A stretch of 64,000 nucleotides of DNA from an uncultured Candidatus Binatia bacterium (GTDB lineage Bacteria > Desulfobacterota > Binatia > UBA9968 > JAJDTQ01). Positions 1-8,829 of the stretch are shown piece after piece. Location of the stretch: positions 1,280,001-1,344,000 of the forward strand of contig OZ243916.1 in NCBI GenBank assembly GCA_965213675.1, read 5' to 3'. The notes beneath the pieces are model-generated. The model ran no database searches. It worked only from the letters and a program-made list of their open reading frames with translations, and was not told where the DNA came from. The position numbers and the translations under genes are program-made. How positions within the stretch are numbered: the stretch's first letter is position 1; every line of letters begins with the position of its first letter.

Positions 1-4
1 GGCG

Positions 5-382
5 ATGTCCAATCGCCTCACACGGGAACTCGCGTTGAACGCCTTGGCCATGGCTCTGACCCACCGGCCTCGGCCCGAGCTGCTGCTGCACCACTCTGAA
101 ACCGGCCAATACGCTTCGGCCGACTACCGGCGCCTGCTCGATGCCCACGGCATCCAATGCTCCATGAGCCGGCGCGCCAACTGCTGGGACAACGCCGTCG
201 TGGAGAGCTTCTTTGCTACCCTGAAGACCGAGCTTATCCACCACGTCGACTACCACAGTCCAGCCGAGGCAAGGGCCGCGATCTTCGAGTTCATCGAGGT
301 GTTCTACAATCGGCAACGTCGCCACTCGACCCTCGGCTACCACACACCAGCTGGCTTCGAGCGGATGGCACGCGTAGCTTGA
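5..382 (+). mobile_element. IS3-family transposase OrfB, C-terminal part (cut by window edge, probably inactive)
   Basis: SMSRRANCWDNAVVESFFATLKTE and FYNRQRRHSTLGYHTP are typical IS3 integrase-core motifs. The usual HSDRGSQY motif reads HSETGQY. Confidence 0.9.
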
Positions 383-387
383 CCAAC

Positions 388-413
388 CTGTCCACCAATC
401 CCGGGGAAGGCCA
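388..413 (+). mobile_element. IS3-type right terminal inverted repeat
   Basis: ctgtccaccaatcccggggaaggcca follows the transposase stop and ends in CA, as IS3 ends do. Confidence 0.7.
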
Positions 414-562
414 CTCAACACGTCTCGCTGTTGCGGTCGAGCCAGCATTCCCGCATCCGTCCCCGTGTTCCCCAGGCAACGGCTCCACCCCCGTGGAGAA
501 ACCTCCTAAGGGAGCCACGACAGCACGGTCTGCGAGCCTTGCCGCCAGTACCGTCCATCCGT

Positions 563-847
563 TCAGCGGTCCGCCTGTACCAAACCAACGGTCAGCCGCG
601 TACCGGTCGCTTCCGCGTAGCGCCGTAAGGTAGTCAAGGACGGTGACACGCCGCCGCCCTCCAGACGCGCGATAGCGGATTGAGTCGTTCCGAGGCGCCG
701 GGCGAGTTCTGCCTGTGTCAGCTTCGCCGCTATGCGGGCACGAATCAGTGCCTCGATCAGCCTGAACTCCTCATCGGCCCGCGCGTACTCTTCCCGGAAT
801 TCGGGATCTTCCATAAAGCGCTTCTTCAGGTCCTTCAGTCTCGTCAT
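563..847 (-). CDS. XRE-family HTH antitoxin (HigA-like)
   Basis: LTQAELARRLGTTQSAIARLEGG HTH, 94 aa, ATGA overlap with the upstream toxin remnant. Confidence 0.85.
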   Translation of the reverse strand: MTRLKDLKKRFMEDPEFREEYARADEEFRLIEALIRARIAAKLTQAELARRLGTTQSAIARLEGGGVSPSLTTLRRYAEATGTRLTVGLVQADR

Positions 848-964
848 GACGTCACCTGCTTCATGCGTTCCCTAGCCGTCGCGAGCGCTCGCCGTGGCGT
901 CCTCTGCGACTTCTTTGCGAAGACATGCAGGACCACTACCCGCCGCCGCGCCGCCGTCACGTAG
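844..964 (-). pseudogene. RelE/HigB (Gp49-like) toxin, C-terminal remnant only
   Basis: YVTAARRRVVVLHVFAKKSQRTPRRALATARERMK matches the toxin C-terminus. Similarity stops at an IS-like end at 965. Confidence 0.75.
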
Positions 965-990
965 TGGGGTGGTCCCACGTTCTTGGACAG
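965..990. mobile_element. Orphan IS3-type terminal repeat truncating the toxin
   Basis: tggggtggtcccacgttcttggacag has the same 26-bp TGG...TGGACAG layout as the reverse complement of 388-413. Confidence 0.55.
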
Positions 991-1194
991 GAAGGCGGCC
1001 GAGATAACGTGGATTCCGCATGTTCGATCATGCCGCCAGAGTCCATTTTGACACGTGATGCTATTCCGATGGAACGCGCGCGGGTGCGCTCGGGAAGGTT
1101 GCGATCCAGTGCCCGGAACAATTCTCGGCTTCATTCTCCGCGACTTCCTTCATGGGTACGGCATAGGCAAGTTGTTCACGCGAGGCATTCCGGT

Positions 1195-2817
1195 CTACAC
1201 CGCGCCGCGCAGCTCGTTGGTCATGACTTCCAGGATCTCCTGGCTGGTGATGGTGCCGACGAAGGCCTGTGTTTCGCGGTCCTTCACGGGCATGGCGGAG
1301 ATGGAGTTCTCCGCCATGCGTTGAAGCGCGTCTTCCACCAGCTCGTCGGTCCAGGTGGTGGGGGCGGCCGCGCGCACGATCTTGCGGAGGGGGGTGTGAG
1401 ACCACGCGTGCCGGGGCAGGTAGCGGAGCATGGCGAGGGAAACGATGCCGGTGAACTTGCCGTGGTCGGCGACGACATAGTCCTGCTGGCCGGGCTTGAT
1501 CCATCGGTCGGCGAAGTCCCGCACGGACAGTCCCGGAGCCGGGTGGACATGGTCGGGGTCGATGATGTCGCCGACCTTGATGTTGTCCAGTGCGAAACGA
1601 ACCATGGAAGGCGGCAACGACTCCGACGGCGAAACCGACTCGTCCGCCACGATACGGCTCACCGCGGCTTCGATGAACGGCGGCGACAACAGGATGTAGG
1701 CGAGCATGATGAGGACGAAGAGAGAGAAGATGTCGCTGCCGACGATGCCGTGTTCGAGAAGCACGAGCAGAATGGCGATTTCGGCCACCCCCTTGGCCAT
1801 CAGACCCGAGGCGAGAGTGAGGGGCGCATCGAAGCGGGCCACGGCGGCGCCGAGCCAGGCCCCGACAAACTTGCCGATGAACGGCACCACCACCAGCGTC
1901 GCGATGGTCCACACGGGTAGCGCGGTAAACGAAAGGCCCAGGTGCAGGCCGGCGGAACTGAAGAAAAGCGGCACGAAGAACCCGTCCGCGACGCTCTTCA
2001 TGCCGGGAATGATATCGCGATACACTTGGTGCGGCAGACGCGACAGGGCGACGCCGAAGAGCAGCGCGCCCAGGGACCCGTGCAGGCCCATCTTCTCCGC
2101 GGCCACCACCGCCACGAACAGAACGCCCAGAATCAGACCGAACGACAGTTGCGGCACGCGCAGCAGTCGCTCCAGAAACTCGATCACTGGAGGCATGACC
2201 CGGCTTGCCAGCACCCAGGTGGCGACGATGAACGCGGCGATCTGCCCCAGGAGAAGGAACACCCCGCCCAGACTCACTTCCACCCCGTGCTCGCCAATGG
2301 TGAACCCGATGACCAGCAACACCAGCAACTCGGCGATAAGGCACGTGGTGAACATTTCGATCCCCACCGGCGCGCGCAGTCGGTCGGCATCGATCAATAC
2401 CTTGGCCACCACGCCCAGGCTGGTGAGCGAGAGAACCCCGGCGAGAGCCAGGGCGCCGCTGAAATCGAGGCCCAGCCCGATGTCCAGCACGAGATTCGAG
2501 GTGACCGCCAGGGACACGACCAGCGGAATCACCACCGAGATGATCGCGGCAATGAAGAAACGCCGGTGGATGGAAGCCATGAACGCGGACACGTCCAACT
2601 CTTCCAGCCCGATGAGGAAGAAGTAGAGGAAGATGCCGATGCTCAGAAAGGCGTGCAGATAATGGTTCAACTCGACCACGCCCAGAACCGGCCCCAGGAG
2701 TATGCCCGTGGCGGTGTAGGCGACGATGGAGTTCAAGCGGAAACGTTGCAGGATGCCTTCGGCCAGCTTGGCGACAACGATGAGCAACCCGGTGGACAGG
2801 AACGCGTCCTGCAGCAT
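1195..2817 (-). CDS. Cation:proton antiporter (CPA2/Kef-type) with C-terminal CBS domains
   Basis: Many TM helices, TSLGVVAKVL, FFVPLFF and GLMAKG motifs, then a soluble CBS pair. Confidence 0.85.
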   Translation of the reverse strand: MLQDAFLSTGLLIVVAKLAEGILQRFRLNSIVAYTATGILLGPVLGVVELNHYLHAFLSIGIFLYFFLIGLEELDVSAFMASIHRRFFIAAIISVVIPLVVSLAVTSNLVLDIGLGLDFSGALALAGVLSLTSLGVVAKVLIDADRLRAPVGIEMFTTCLIAELLVLLVIGFTIGEHGVEVSLGGVFLLLGQIAAFIVATWVLASRVMPPVIEFLERLLRVPQLSFGLILGVLFVAVVAAEKMGLHGSLGALLFGVALSRLPHQVYRDIIPGMKSVADGFFVPLFFSSAGLHLGLSFTALPVWTIATLVVVPFIGKFVGAWLGAAVARFDAPLTLASGLMAKGVAEIAILLVLLEHGIVGSDIFSLFVLIMLAYILLSPPFIEAAVSRIVADESVSPSESLPPSMVRFALDNIKVGDIIDPDHVHPAPGLSVRDFADRWIKPGQQDYVVADHGKFTGIVSLAMLRYLPRHAWSHTPLRKIVRAAAPTTWTDELVEDALQRMAENSISAMPVKDRETQAFVGTITSQEILEVMTNELRGAV

Positions 2818-2946
2818 GTTGGCCTCCGTGATGAGCTGCGGCCGAGGCGCGGCGCGGCAGACAGCCGGGAATGCGCCGCGCTCGCCGGCCGATTCTGCCG
2901 GGAAATTTATTCGGAATTCGATGAACCGCGCAAGTCCCGGCGCCCG

Positions 2947-3510
2947 TCAGGCGGGCGCAAGACCCAGGCGCTGGTCGCGCCGGCGCAGCAGGGCGATGAC
3001 GGGCAAGGCCAGCAGCACCATCCAGGATTTCCCGATGATCTGTCCCCACAGAAAATCGAGGCTCCCGAACGCCAGGTACAGGAACAGCATGCTGTCGACC
3101 ACGAGCCCCACCACGCTGCTGGCAAAGACCGCCAGCAGCAGCCGGCGACGCTGCAACGGCGTGTAGACGGCGAGGTCGGCACCCTCCGAGAAAAGGTACG
3201 CCGCGCCCGAGGCCACCACCAGGGCGGGCGGCGCGAACAGCGCGGAGAGGACCGCGCCCGCCACCACCGCCGCCGCCGCCCATCGCACTCCAACGCGCCG
3301 CTGCACCAGGTCGCGCAGCACGAAGGCCAGTCCAATGGCCACCACGCCGCTCGGCGCCATGATTCCCGGCGCCACCGGAATCAGGCACGGCGCCTCCGGC
3401 GGACACACCGTTCCCACGTTGCCGATGAGCCAGTTGGCCGCGGGAATGCACAAACCGAACCCGATGAGAAACAGGATGCCTTCCGTACGCCGTCGCCGTT
3501 CAAGTTCCAT
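2947..3510 (-). CDS. VUT-family (queuosine precursor/vitamin uptake) transporter
   Basis: APSGVVAIGLAFVLRDLVQ, SEGADLAVY, DSMLF and GQIIGK motifs. Confidence 0.75.
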   Translation of the reverse strand: MELERRRRTEGILFLIGFGLCIPAANWLIGNVGTVCPPEAPCLIPVAPGIMAPSGVVAIGLAFVLRDLVQRRVGVRWAAAAVVAGAVLSALFAPPALVVASGAAYLFSEGADLAVYTPLQRRRLLLAVFASSVVGLVVDSMLFLYLAFGSLDFLWGQIIGKSWMVLLALPVIALLRRRDQRLGLAPA

Positions 3511-3662
3511 GTGGAGTGAGTCCTACCGTTCGTCCGTGACCTTCTAACGGCTTCGCACCGCGGTTCGCAAGATCACGCCGCCGCCCCCAACGCACAACAC
3601 AACCCCGCGAACGTTCCGGATGCAGGCCATGTCGAAGTGCCACCCTGAAGAGGCTCGAGTTG

Positions 3663-4115
3663 TCACCCCCGGTACCGCTCGGGCGGCTGCGGATTGTTGG
3701 CGGGGTTCGTATCGTGTTTCGTGAGAGCGGTCACCGCCGGGCCGCCCACCAAGGTTTGGATCCCGGCCTCCAGGGCGTCGGCGCTGGCCTTGCCATAGAC
3801 CTCCTGGCCAGCCACATAAAGCGTAAACGCCTTCAGATACTTTGCCTTTTTGGCAGGGTCTTCGATGGTGGCCTTGGTCCAGGCGTAGAGCGGGTACTCG
3901 TCGACACCCTCCCGTTCGGCTTCCGCGCAATAGCCGGCAAAGGCGTCGTACTGGCACCGAAGCGCCGCGTTGTGCCGGGTCAGAATTTCCCGCAGCGGGC
4001 GCAGGTCCGGGTGTTCGTCCCCTGCCCGGGCGGCTTCGGCAGCCTCGCCGTTCAGATGAACGCGCACCTGGTACAGCCATTCGCGGGTCGCTTCCCCAGT
4101 GGTCTTCTCCGACAT
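3663..4115 (-). CDS. Conserved hypothetical protein
   Basis: ATG after a GGAGG RBS, coding-like composition, ends HDTNPANNPQPP. Confidence 0.7.
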   Translation of the reverse strand: MSEKTTGEATREWLYQVRVHLNGEAAEAARAGDEHPDLRPLREILTRHNAALRCQYDAFAGYCAEAEREGVDEYPLYAWTKATIEDPAKKAKYLKAFTLYVAGQEVYGKASADALEAGIQTLVGGPAVTALTKHDTNPANNPQPPERYRG

Positions 4116-4194
4116 GGCGGTTCCTCCCGTCCCGGTCTTGCATGTCGTCCCTGACGCCCCCAACCGTCCCGCGTGGGGCCGGGCGGCGGCTCCG

Positions 4195-5370
4195 TTACCG
4201 CCGCTCCAGCGTCTCCCGGGCGACGAACGCCAGCCCGGCCGCCGCGCCCAGCAGCACCGGAGCGTAGAACAGGAACGCCCGGCCGGCGCCGAACGCATCG
4301 GCCAGCCAGCCGCCCGCCAGCGGGCCCAGCACCGCCCCGGACTCGCCCACGGTGCGGCGCAGGCCCTGGAGCCTGCCGCGGGCGCTCTCGGGAATGACGT
4401 CGTAGGTGGACACCGACAGCGCCCCCAGGGACATGCCCTGGGCGAGGCCGATGAGCACCATGATCGCCACCAGTTGAGGCAGGGTCGAGGCGAAGGGCAA
4501 GGCCAGGAACGCGACGCCCGGAAGCGCAGTGCTGGGGACGCTGGCGTACTTGCGGCCGATGCGGTCGGTAATGTAGCCGGCGGGCAGGATCATGAGCAGC
4601 ACGAACAGGCCGGAGATGCCGAACAGGGTGCCCACCCGCGCCGCGGAGAAGCCCAGCTCCGCGCCGGCGAAAAGCGGCAGCATGCCCTGGAGCGTGGTGC
4701 GGTACATCTGCATGCTGAACGTGGCGATCACCAGCACCACGAAGGTGCCGCGCAGGTGCGGCAGCACGTCCGACACCCTCCCCCACCACGCGATCCTGCC
4801 GACCTTGCCTCGGGCCCCGCCGCCGCGCTCCACCAGCGCGGTCACGAGCACCAACGCGGCAGCGCCCGCGTACCCCAGGAACACCGCGCGGAAGCTCACC
4901 CATTGAGCGACGATGCCGCCCAGCACCGGGCCGATGGCCGTGCCCGCGGACTTGACTCCCATGAAACCGCTCAGAAGCCGCCCGCGTTGGTGCTGCTCCA
5001 CCATCTCGACGCCGGAGACCTCGCGCGCCATGCTCCAGACGCTGTCGCCCAAACCAGCGAGGAACTGTCCGAGGAAGAGCAACGCGAACCATGGGGTCAC
5101 CGCGCTCGTGAAGGCGCCGCACAGCACCAGGGCGCTGCCCGCCAGCATCGCGGCCTTGGCGCCATAGCGGTCGATGAGCAGACCCGCGGGAATGAGAACG
5201 ACGGTGCGACCCAGAGCGTGGGCGGTGACGACTTGCACGGCCAGACCCGCGGACACGCCGAAGGACGCCGCCAGCAGCGGAATGGTCGGGAACACCATGC
5301 CCTGCCCCAGGCTGATGAGCAGAACCGTGCCGTAGAGCAGCGCCAGACTACCGGGCCGCGGGCCCGTCAT
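4195..5370 (-). CDS. MFS transporter
   Basis: About 12 TM helices; motif A (GLLIDRYGAK, GYITDRIGRK). Confidence 0.9.
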   Translation of the reverse strand: MTGPRPGSLALLYGTVLLISLGQGMVFPTIPLLAASFGVSAGLAVQVVTAHALGRTVVLIPAGLLIDRYGAKAAMLAGSALVLCGAFTSAVTPWFALLFLGQFLAGLGDSVWSMAREVSGVEMVEQHQRGRLLSGFMGVKSAGTAIGPVLGGIVAQWVSFRAVFLGYAGAAALVLVTALVERGGGARGKVGRIAWWGRVSDVLPHLRGTFVVLVIATFSMQMYRTTLQGMLPLFAGAELGFSAARVGTLFGISGLFVLLMILPAGYITDRIGRKYASVPSTALPGVAFLALPFASTLPQLVAIMVLIGLAQGMSLGALSVSTYDVIPESARGRLQGLRRTVGESGAVLGPLAGGWLADAFGAGRAFLFYAPVLLGAAAGLAFVARETLERR

Positions 5371-5407
5371 GGGGAAAGCCCCCCGGCGCGGGTGTAACGT
5401 CTCAGGG

Positions 5408-6004
5408 TCAGGGCTTGGCGCCCCCGTAAAGGGAAAGCCCGGAACTCTTCTGGTGGCACTCCACGTCCTGGAACCCCGCGCTCCGGAACCACGCGATCTG
5501 GTCCTCCGGGGTAGCGGAGCCGCGATCAAGATTGAAGAAACGGCCGCCCGGGCGCAGCCGCCCGCAGATCTCCTCGTAGATGTCCCGGATCACGTCCCCG
5601 ACCCGCACGTTGTGGATGGCGTTGCACGACACTACGAGATCGAACTCGCCGCCGGCCACCCGGCTCCATTCCTTCTGGCTGAAGTCGGAGACCACGTACT
5701 CGAACCGACCTTCGAGATCCTTCATGCGTTCGCCGCCGAGGTCCGCCATGGCCGCGGAGCCGTCATGGCACACCGCGGTGGCCCGGGGAAAGGCTTCCAA
5801 AAGGTATTTGCTGAGGGCGCCGTAGCCGCACCCCACGTCCATGAACCGGAAGGCGGCGTCGCTGTCGAACGGAATCAACTCGGCCATGAGCGTGAACTGC
5901 CGCGCCCTCAAGCCTTCGTTGCGCCGCTGGCGCTGGGCCCAGTCCTCCACGTAATCGGGAGAATTCCAATCGTGTTGCCGCAACGGGTCGGTAATCTGTG
6001 CCAT
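5408..6004 (-). CDS. Class I SAM-dependent methyltransferase
   Basis: MDVGCGYG motif I, FDLVVSCNAIH, LRPGG. Confidence 0.88.
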   Translation of the reverse strand: MAQITDPLRQHDWNSPDYVEDWAQRQRRNEGLRARQFTLMAELIPFDSDAAFRFMDVGCGYGALSKYLLEAFPRATAVCHDGSAAMADLGGERMKDLEGRFEYVVSDFSQKEWSRVAGGEFDLVVSCNAIHNVRVGDVIRDIYEEICGRLRPGGRFFNLDRGSATPEDQIAWFRSAGFQDVECHQKSSGLSLYGGAKP

Positions 6005-6148
6005 GAGTGCTTCTTGACCTCCTCCGGGCTCGCCAGCTGAACCGCACAGCGGGCCGGATGGTGAACGGATGTGAACCGGAAACGGGCGTGGAGCCGACTT
6101 GAGCCCCGCGCATCACACCGGAAACGCGCCGGAACGCGCGCGCGTGAA

Positions 6149-6196
6149 ACCGGGTGTTGAGACCGACCGGGTGTTGAGACCGGCCGTTGAAACCGG
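6149..6196 (+). repeat. 17-bp tandem repeat (two exact copies plus a degenerate third) in a divergent intergenic region
   Basis: accgggtgttgagaccg at 6149-6165 and 6166-6182, then gccgttgaaaccgg. Confidence 0.85.
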
Positions 6197-6262
6197 CTGT
6201 GGGCGGGTGTTGCCTACCGGTATCGTGTATGGACTTAGACGATAAGCGCGCGGATGTCCAGG

Positions 6263-6292
6263 TTGACAGCCGGAGTGGGCAGTGCCTATAGA
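6263..6292 (+). promoter_or_regulatory. Putative sigma70 promoter for the UbiD gene
   Basis: TTGACA-18 nt-TATAGA. Confidence 0.4.
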
Positions 6293-6358
6293 AATCCAGA
6301 AACACACGCCATTCCGACGCGACGGCGCCGGCCCCGCGGCCGCCCCGGAGACCGATGC

Positions 6359-7807
6359 ATGACACGCGCGCCACGCAATGCCGAGGCCGCCCTCGACCTC
6401 AGAACCTTCATCGCCCGGCTCAACCAGGCGGGAAAGCTCAAGGAATTACGAAACGCCCACTGGAACCTGGAAATCGGGGCGCTCACCGAGATCGGCGCCG
6501 AGTCCGGTGACGGCTCCGCGTTGCTCTTCGACTCCATCCCCGACCACCCCGAGGGCTTCCGCGTCCTGAGCAACGTCCTGCGCTCGCCCGAGGCCGACGC
6601 CTTGGCTCTGGGCCTGCCCCCGGACGTGCGCGGCCTGGAACTGGTGCGGTCCATGAAGGGCCGGCTGCAGAACCTCGAACCCATTCCACCCGTGGAGACC
6701 GGCGAGTCGCCGCTGCTTGAGAACGTGACCCAGGACGGCGACGTCAACGTGCTCAAGTTCCCCACTCCCAAATGGCACGCCGACGATGGCGGCCGCTACA
6801 TCGGCACCTTCACCGCCACGGTGTGCCGCGATCCCGATACCGGCTACATCAACGTGGGCACCTACCGCGTCCAGGTGCACGACGAGAACACGGTGGGCGT
6901 ATGGATGATCCCCGGCAAGCACGGCGACCTCATCACCCGGAAGTACTGGGGGCGGGGCGAAAGCTGCCCGGTGGCCGTGGTGTGCGGGCTGCCGCCGGGC
7001 CTGATGACCGCGAGCGCCGTGGGCATCCCCTGGAACATGAGCGAGTACGATTTCCTCGGCGGCCTGCTGGGGACTTCGGTGCCGGTCATCAAGGGGAGCC
7101 GGACGGGACTGCCGGTGCCGGCGTTCGCGGACATCGTCCTCGAGGGGCGTATTCCGCCGCCCGAGCAGGAGTCCCACGAGGAGGGACCGTTCGGCGAGTG
7201 GCCGGGATACTACGCCTCGGGTTCGCGGCAGGCGCCGGTGGTGAAGGTGGAAGCCGTCTATCACCGCGACGACCCCATCATCACCGGCGACCCGCCGCTG
7301 CGCACCTTCCTCAACAGCGAGACCCACAAGTACATCCGCTCCGCCAACATCTGGTCCTCACTGGAGCGCGCCGGCATCCCCGAGGTGCGCGGCGTGTGGT
7401 TCCCGCGCCAGGGACGGTTCATGGTGACCGTGGCCATCAGGCAGCGCTACTCCGGCCACGCCAAACAGGCGGGTTACGGCGTCCTCGCCACCCGCGACGG
7501 CGGACGCGACGTGCGCATGGTCATCGTGGTGGACGAGGACGTGGACATCACCAACATGGGCGAGGTGCTGTGGGCCATGTCCACCCGCTGGGATCCCCGG
7601 AGCGACTCCGAGATCCTCGACGTGGCCGCAAGCATCCTGAACCCGAGGCTTTCGCCGGAAGACAAGGAACGCCGGGAGCTGACCACCTCCTGCATGGTGG
7701 TGGACGCGTGCCGGCCCTACAGTTGGAAAGACGCGTTCCCCAAGATCTCGGCCGTGAGCGCCGAATACAAAGCCCAGGTGCGGGCCAAGTGGGCGGACCG
7801 ACTGTGA
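6359..7807 (+). CDS. UbiD-family prFMN-dependent (de)carboxylase
   Basis: DGGRYIGT, NVGTYR, EGPFGEWPGYY, VDEDVD and WAMSTRWDP motifs; GGAG RBS. Confidence 0.92.
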   Translation: MTRAPRNAEAALDLRTFIARLNQAGKLKELRNAHWNLEIGALTEIGAESGDGSALLFDSIPDHPEGFRVLSNVLRSPEADALALGLPPDVRGLELVRSMKGRLQNLEPIPPVETGESPLLENVTQDGDVNVLKFPTPKWHADDGGRYIGTFTATVCRDPDTGYINVGTYRVQVHDENTVGVWMIPGKHGDLITRKYWGRGESCPVAVVCGLPPGLMTASAVGIPWNMSEYDFLGGLLGTSVPVIKGSRTGLPVPAFADIVLEGRIPPPEQESHEEGPFGEWPGYYASGSRQAPVVKVEAVYHRDDPIITGDPPLRTFLNSETHKYIRSANIWSSLERAGIPEVRGVWFPRQGRFMVTVAIRQRYSGHAKQAGYGVLATRDGGRDVRMVIVVDEDVDITNMGEVLWAMSTRWDPRSDSEILDVAASILNPRLSPEDKERRELTTSCMVVDACRPYSWKDAFPKISAVSAEYKAQVRAKWADRL

Positions 7808-7961
7808 CGCGGTGGACCGAACCGAATGCTTGGTGGAGCGAAGCGGCACGAAGTCGAACGCCGCAAACCCGACGACGGGACCGCCGGCCGGTCGCCAGCG
7901 GCTCCCGCGAAGCCGAATCAGTCGATGGCGCAGGCCTTCGCGTGTCACAGGAGACGGAGAC

Positions 7962-8663
7962 ATGCCCGATATCACGAGGCTCAAGAGCGCGCTCAACGAA
8001 ATGTGCAACCGCCAGTACGGCACCGACGAGTTCCAGGACCTGCTGACCCTGCCCTGGACCATGGAGCGGGGGCGGTATTACGTGGTGCAGAACGCCATCT
8101 ACACCCGAAACCGCCGGGACTGCTGGGCCTACGTTCAGGCCGCGGCGCCGCTCGACGTGAAGGCGCTGGTGTGGCAGCACGAGAGCGACGAGTTGATCAA
8201 CGACCCGCGCTGCGACATGGACCATTACTCGCTGACGGTCAAGCAGGGCGAGGTCCTCGGCCTCACGCCGGCGGACTTCGACAACGCCGAGTTGCCGCCC
8301 ATGACGCAGGCGGCCTTCATGGCGTGGCACCTCATCGCCATCAAGGGTCCGTGGCTCGCCTCGTTCACGTCGTCGCAGATGCTGGAGCGGCGCAACAATC
8401 CCGAGATCGTCACCGACGGCGGCATGTCCTATCGCATCGGCAAGAAGTTCGAGAACGAACTGGGCATCAGCCTCAAGCGGATGATCTCGCTCAACGTCCA
8501 CTCCACCGCCGATACAGAACATTCGGACATGATGGACGGCGTCTACGACCGTCACGTGCGCACCCAGGAGGACTACGACACGGTGCTGCGGGCCGCGAAG
8601 CAGTGCATGGCCATCGACCGCGCCTACCGCGGCGGGCTGGCCTACGTCATGCGGCGCGTCTAG
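7962..8663 (+). CDS. Heme-oxygenase-like diiron oxidase (CADD/PqqC/TenA fold)
   Basis: Helical protein with HESDE...DH, E, and HxxxDxxH (VHSTADTEH) ligand pattern. Confidence 0.65.
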   Translation: MPDITRLKSALNEMCNRQYGTDEFQDLLTLPWTMERGRYYVVQNAIYTRNRRDCWAYVQAAAPLDVKALVWQHESDELINDPRCDMDHYSLTVKQGEVLGLTPADFDNAELPPMTQAAFMAWHLIAIKGPWLASFTSSQMLERRNNPEIVTDGGMSYRIGKKFENELGISLKRMISLNVHSTADTEHSDMMDGVYDRHVRTQEDYDTVLRAAKQCMAIDRAYRGGLAYVMRRV

Positions 8664-8741
8664 GAGCCTGCGCCGCAGGAATTCGCGAAAGCGAAAATCC
8701 GCTATCGCCGTCCCTTCGGCCGGTCGATTGAGGAGAATATC

Positions 8742-8763
8742 AGGTCATTAGAAGGTCATTAGA
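8742..8763 (+). repeat. 11-bp direct repeat, possible regulator box
   Basis: aggtcattaga x2 upstream of the cupin gene. Confidence 0.6.
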
Positions 8764-8829
8764 GTCAGCGGCGACCGGCCAGTGGCCCTCTCTGGATTCC
8801 ATCGTGCCCACAGGAAAGGAGCACTCGCC

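Noticed and set aside
3511-3662. preQ1 riboswitch upstream of the VUT gene, and a VUT link to the NHase via preQ0
   Set aside because: No aptamer motif is recognisable; the gene is 8 kb from the hydratase and no queuosine genes are present.
6140-6200. GTTGAAAC/GTTGAGAC repeats as a CRISPR array
   Set aside because: The units are 13-17 bp and adjacent, with no unique spacers and no cas genes.
6359-7807. Assigning the UbiD to ubiquinone or menaquinone synthesis
   Set aside because: No quinone-pathway neighbours; the substrate cannot be read from motifs.
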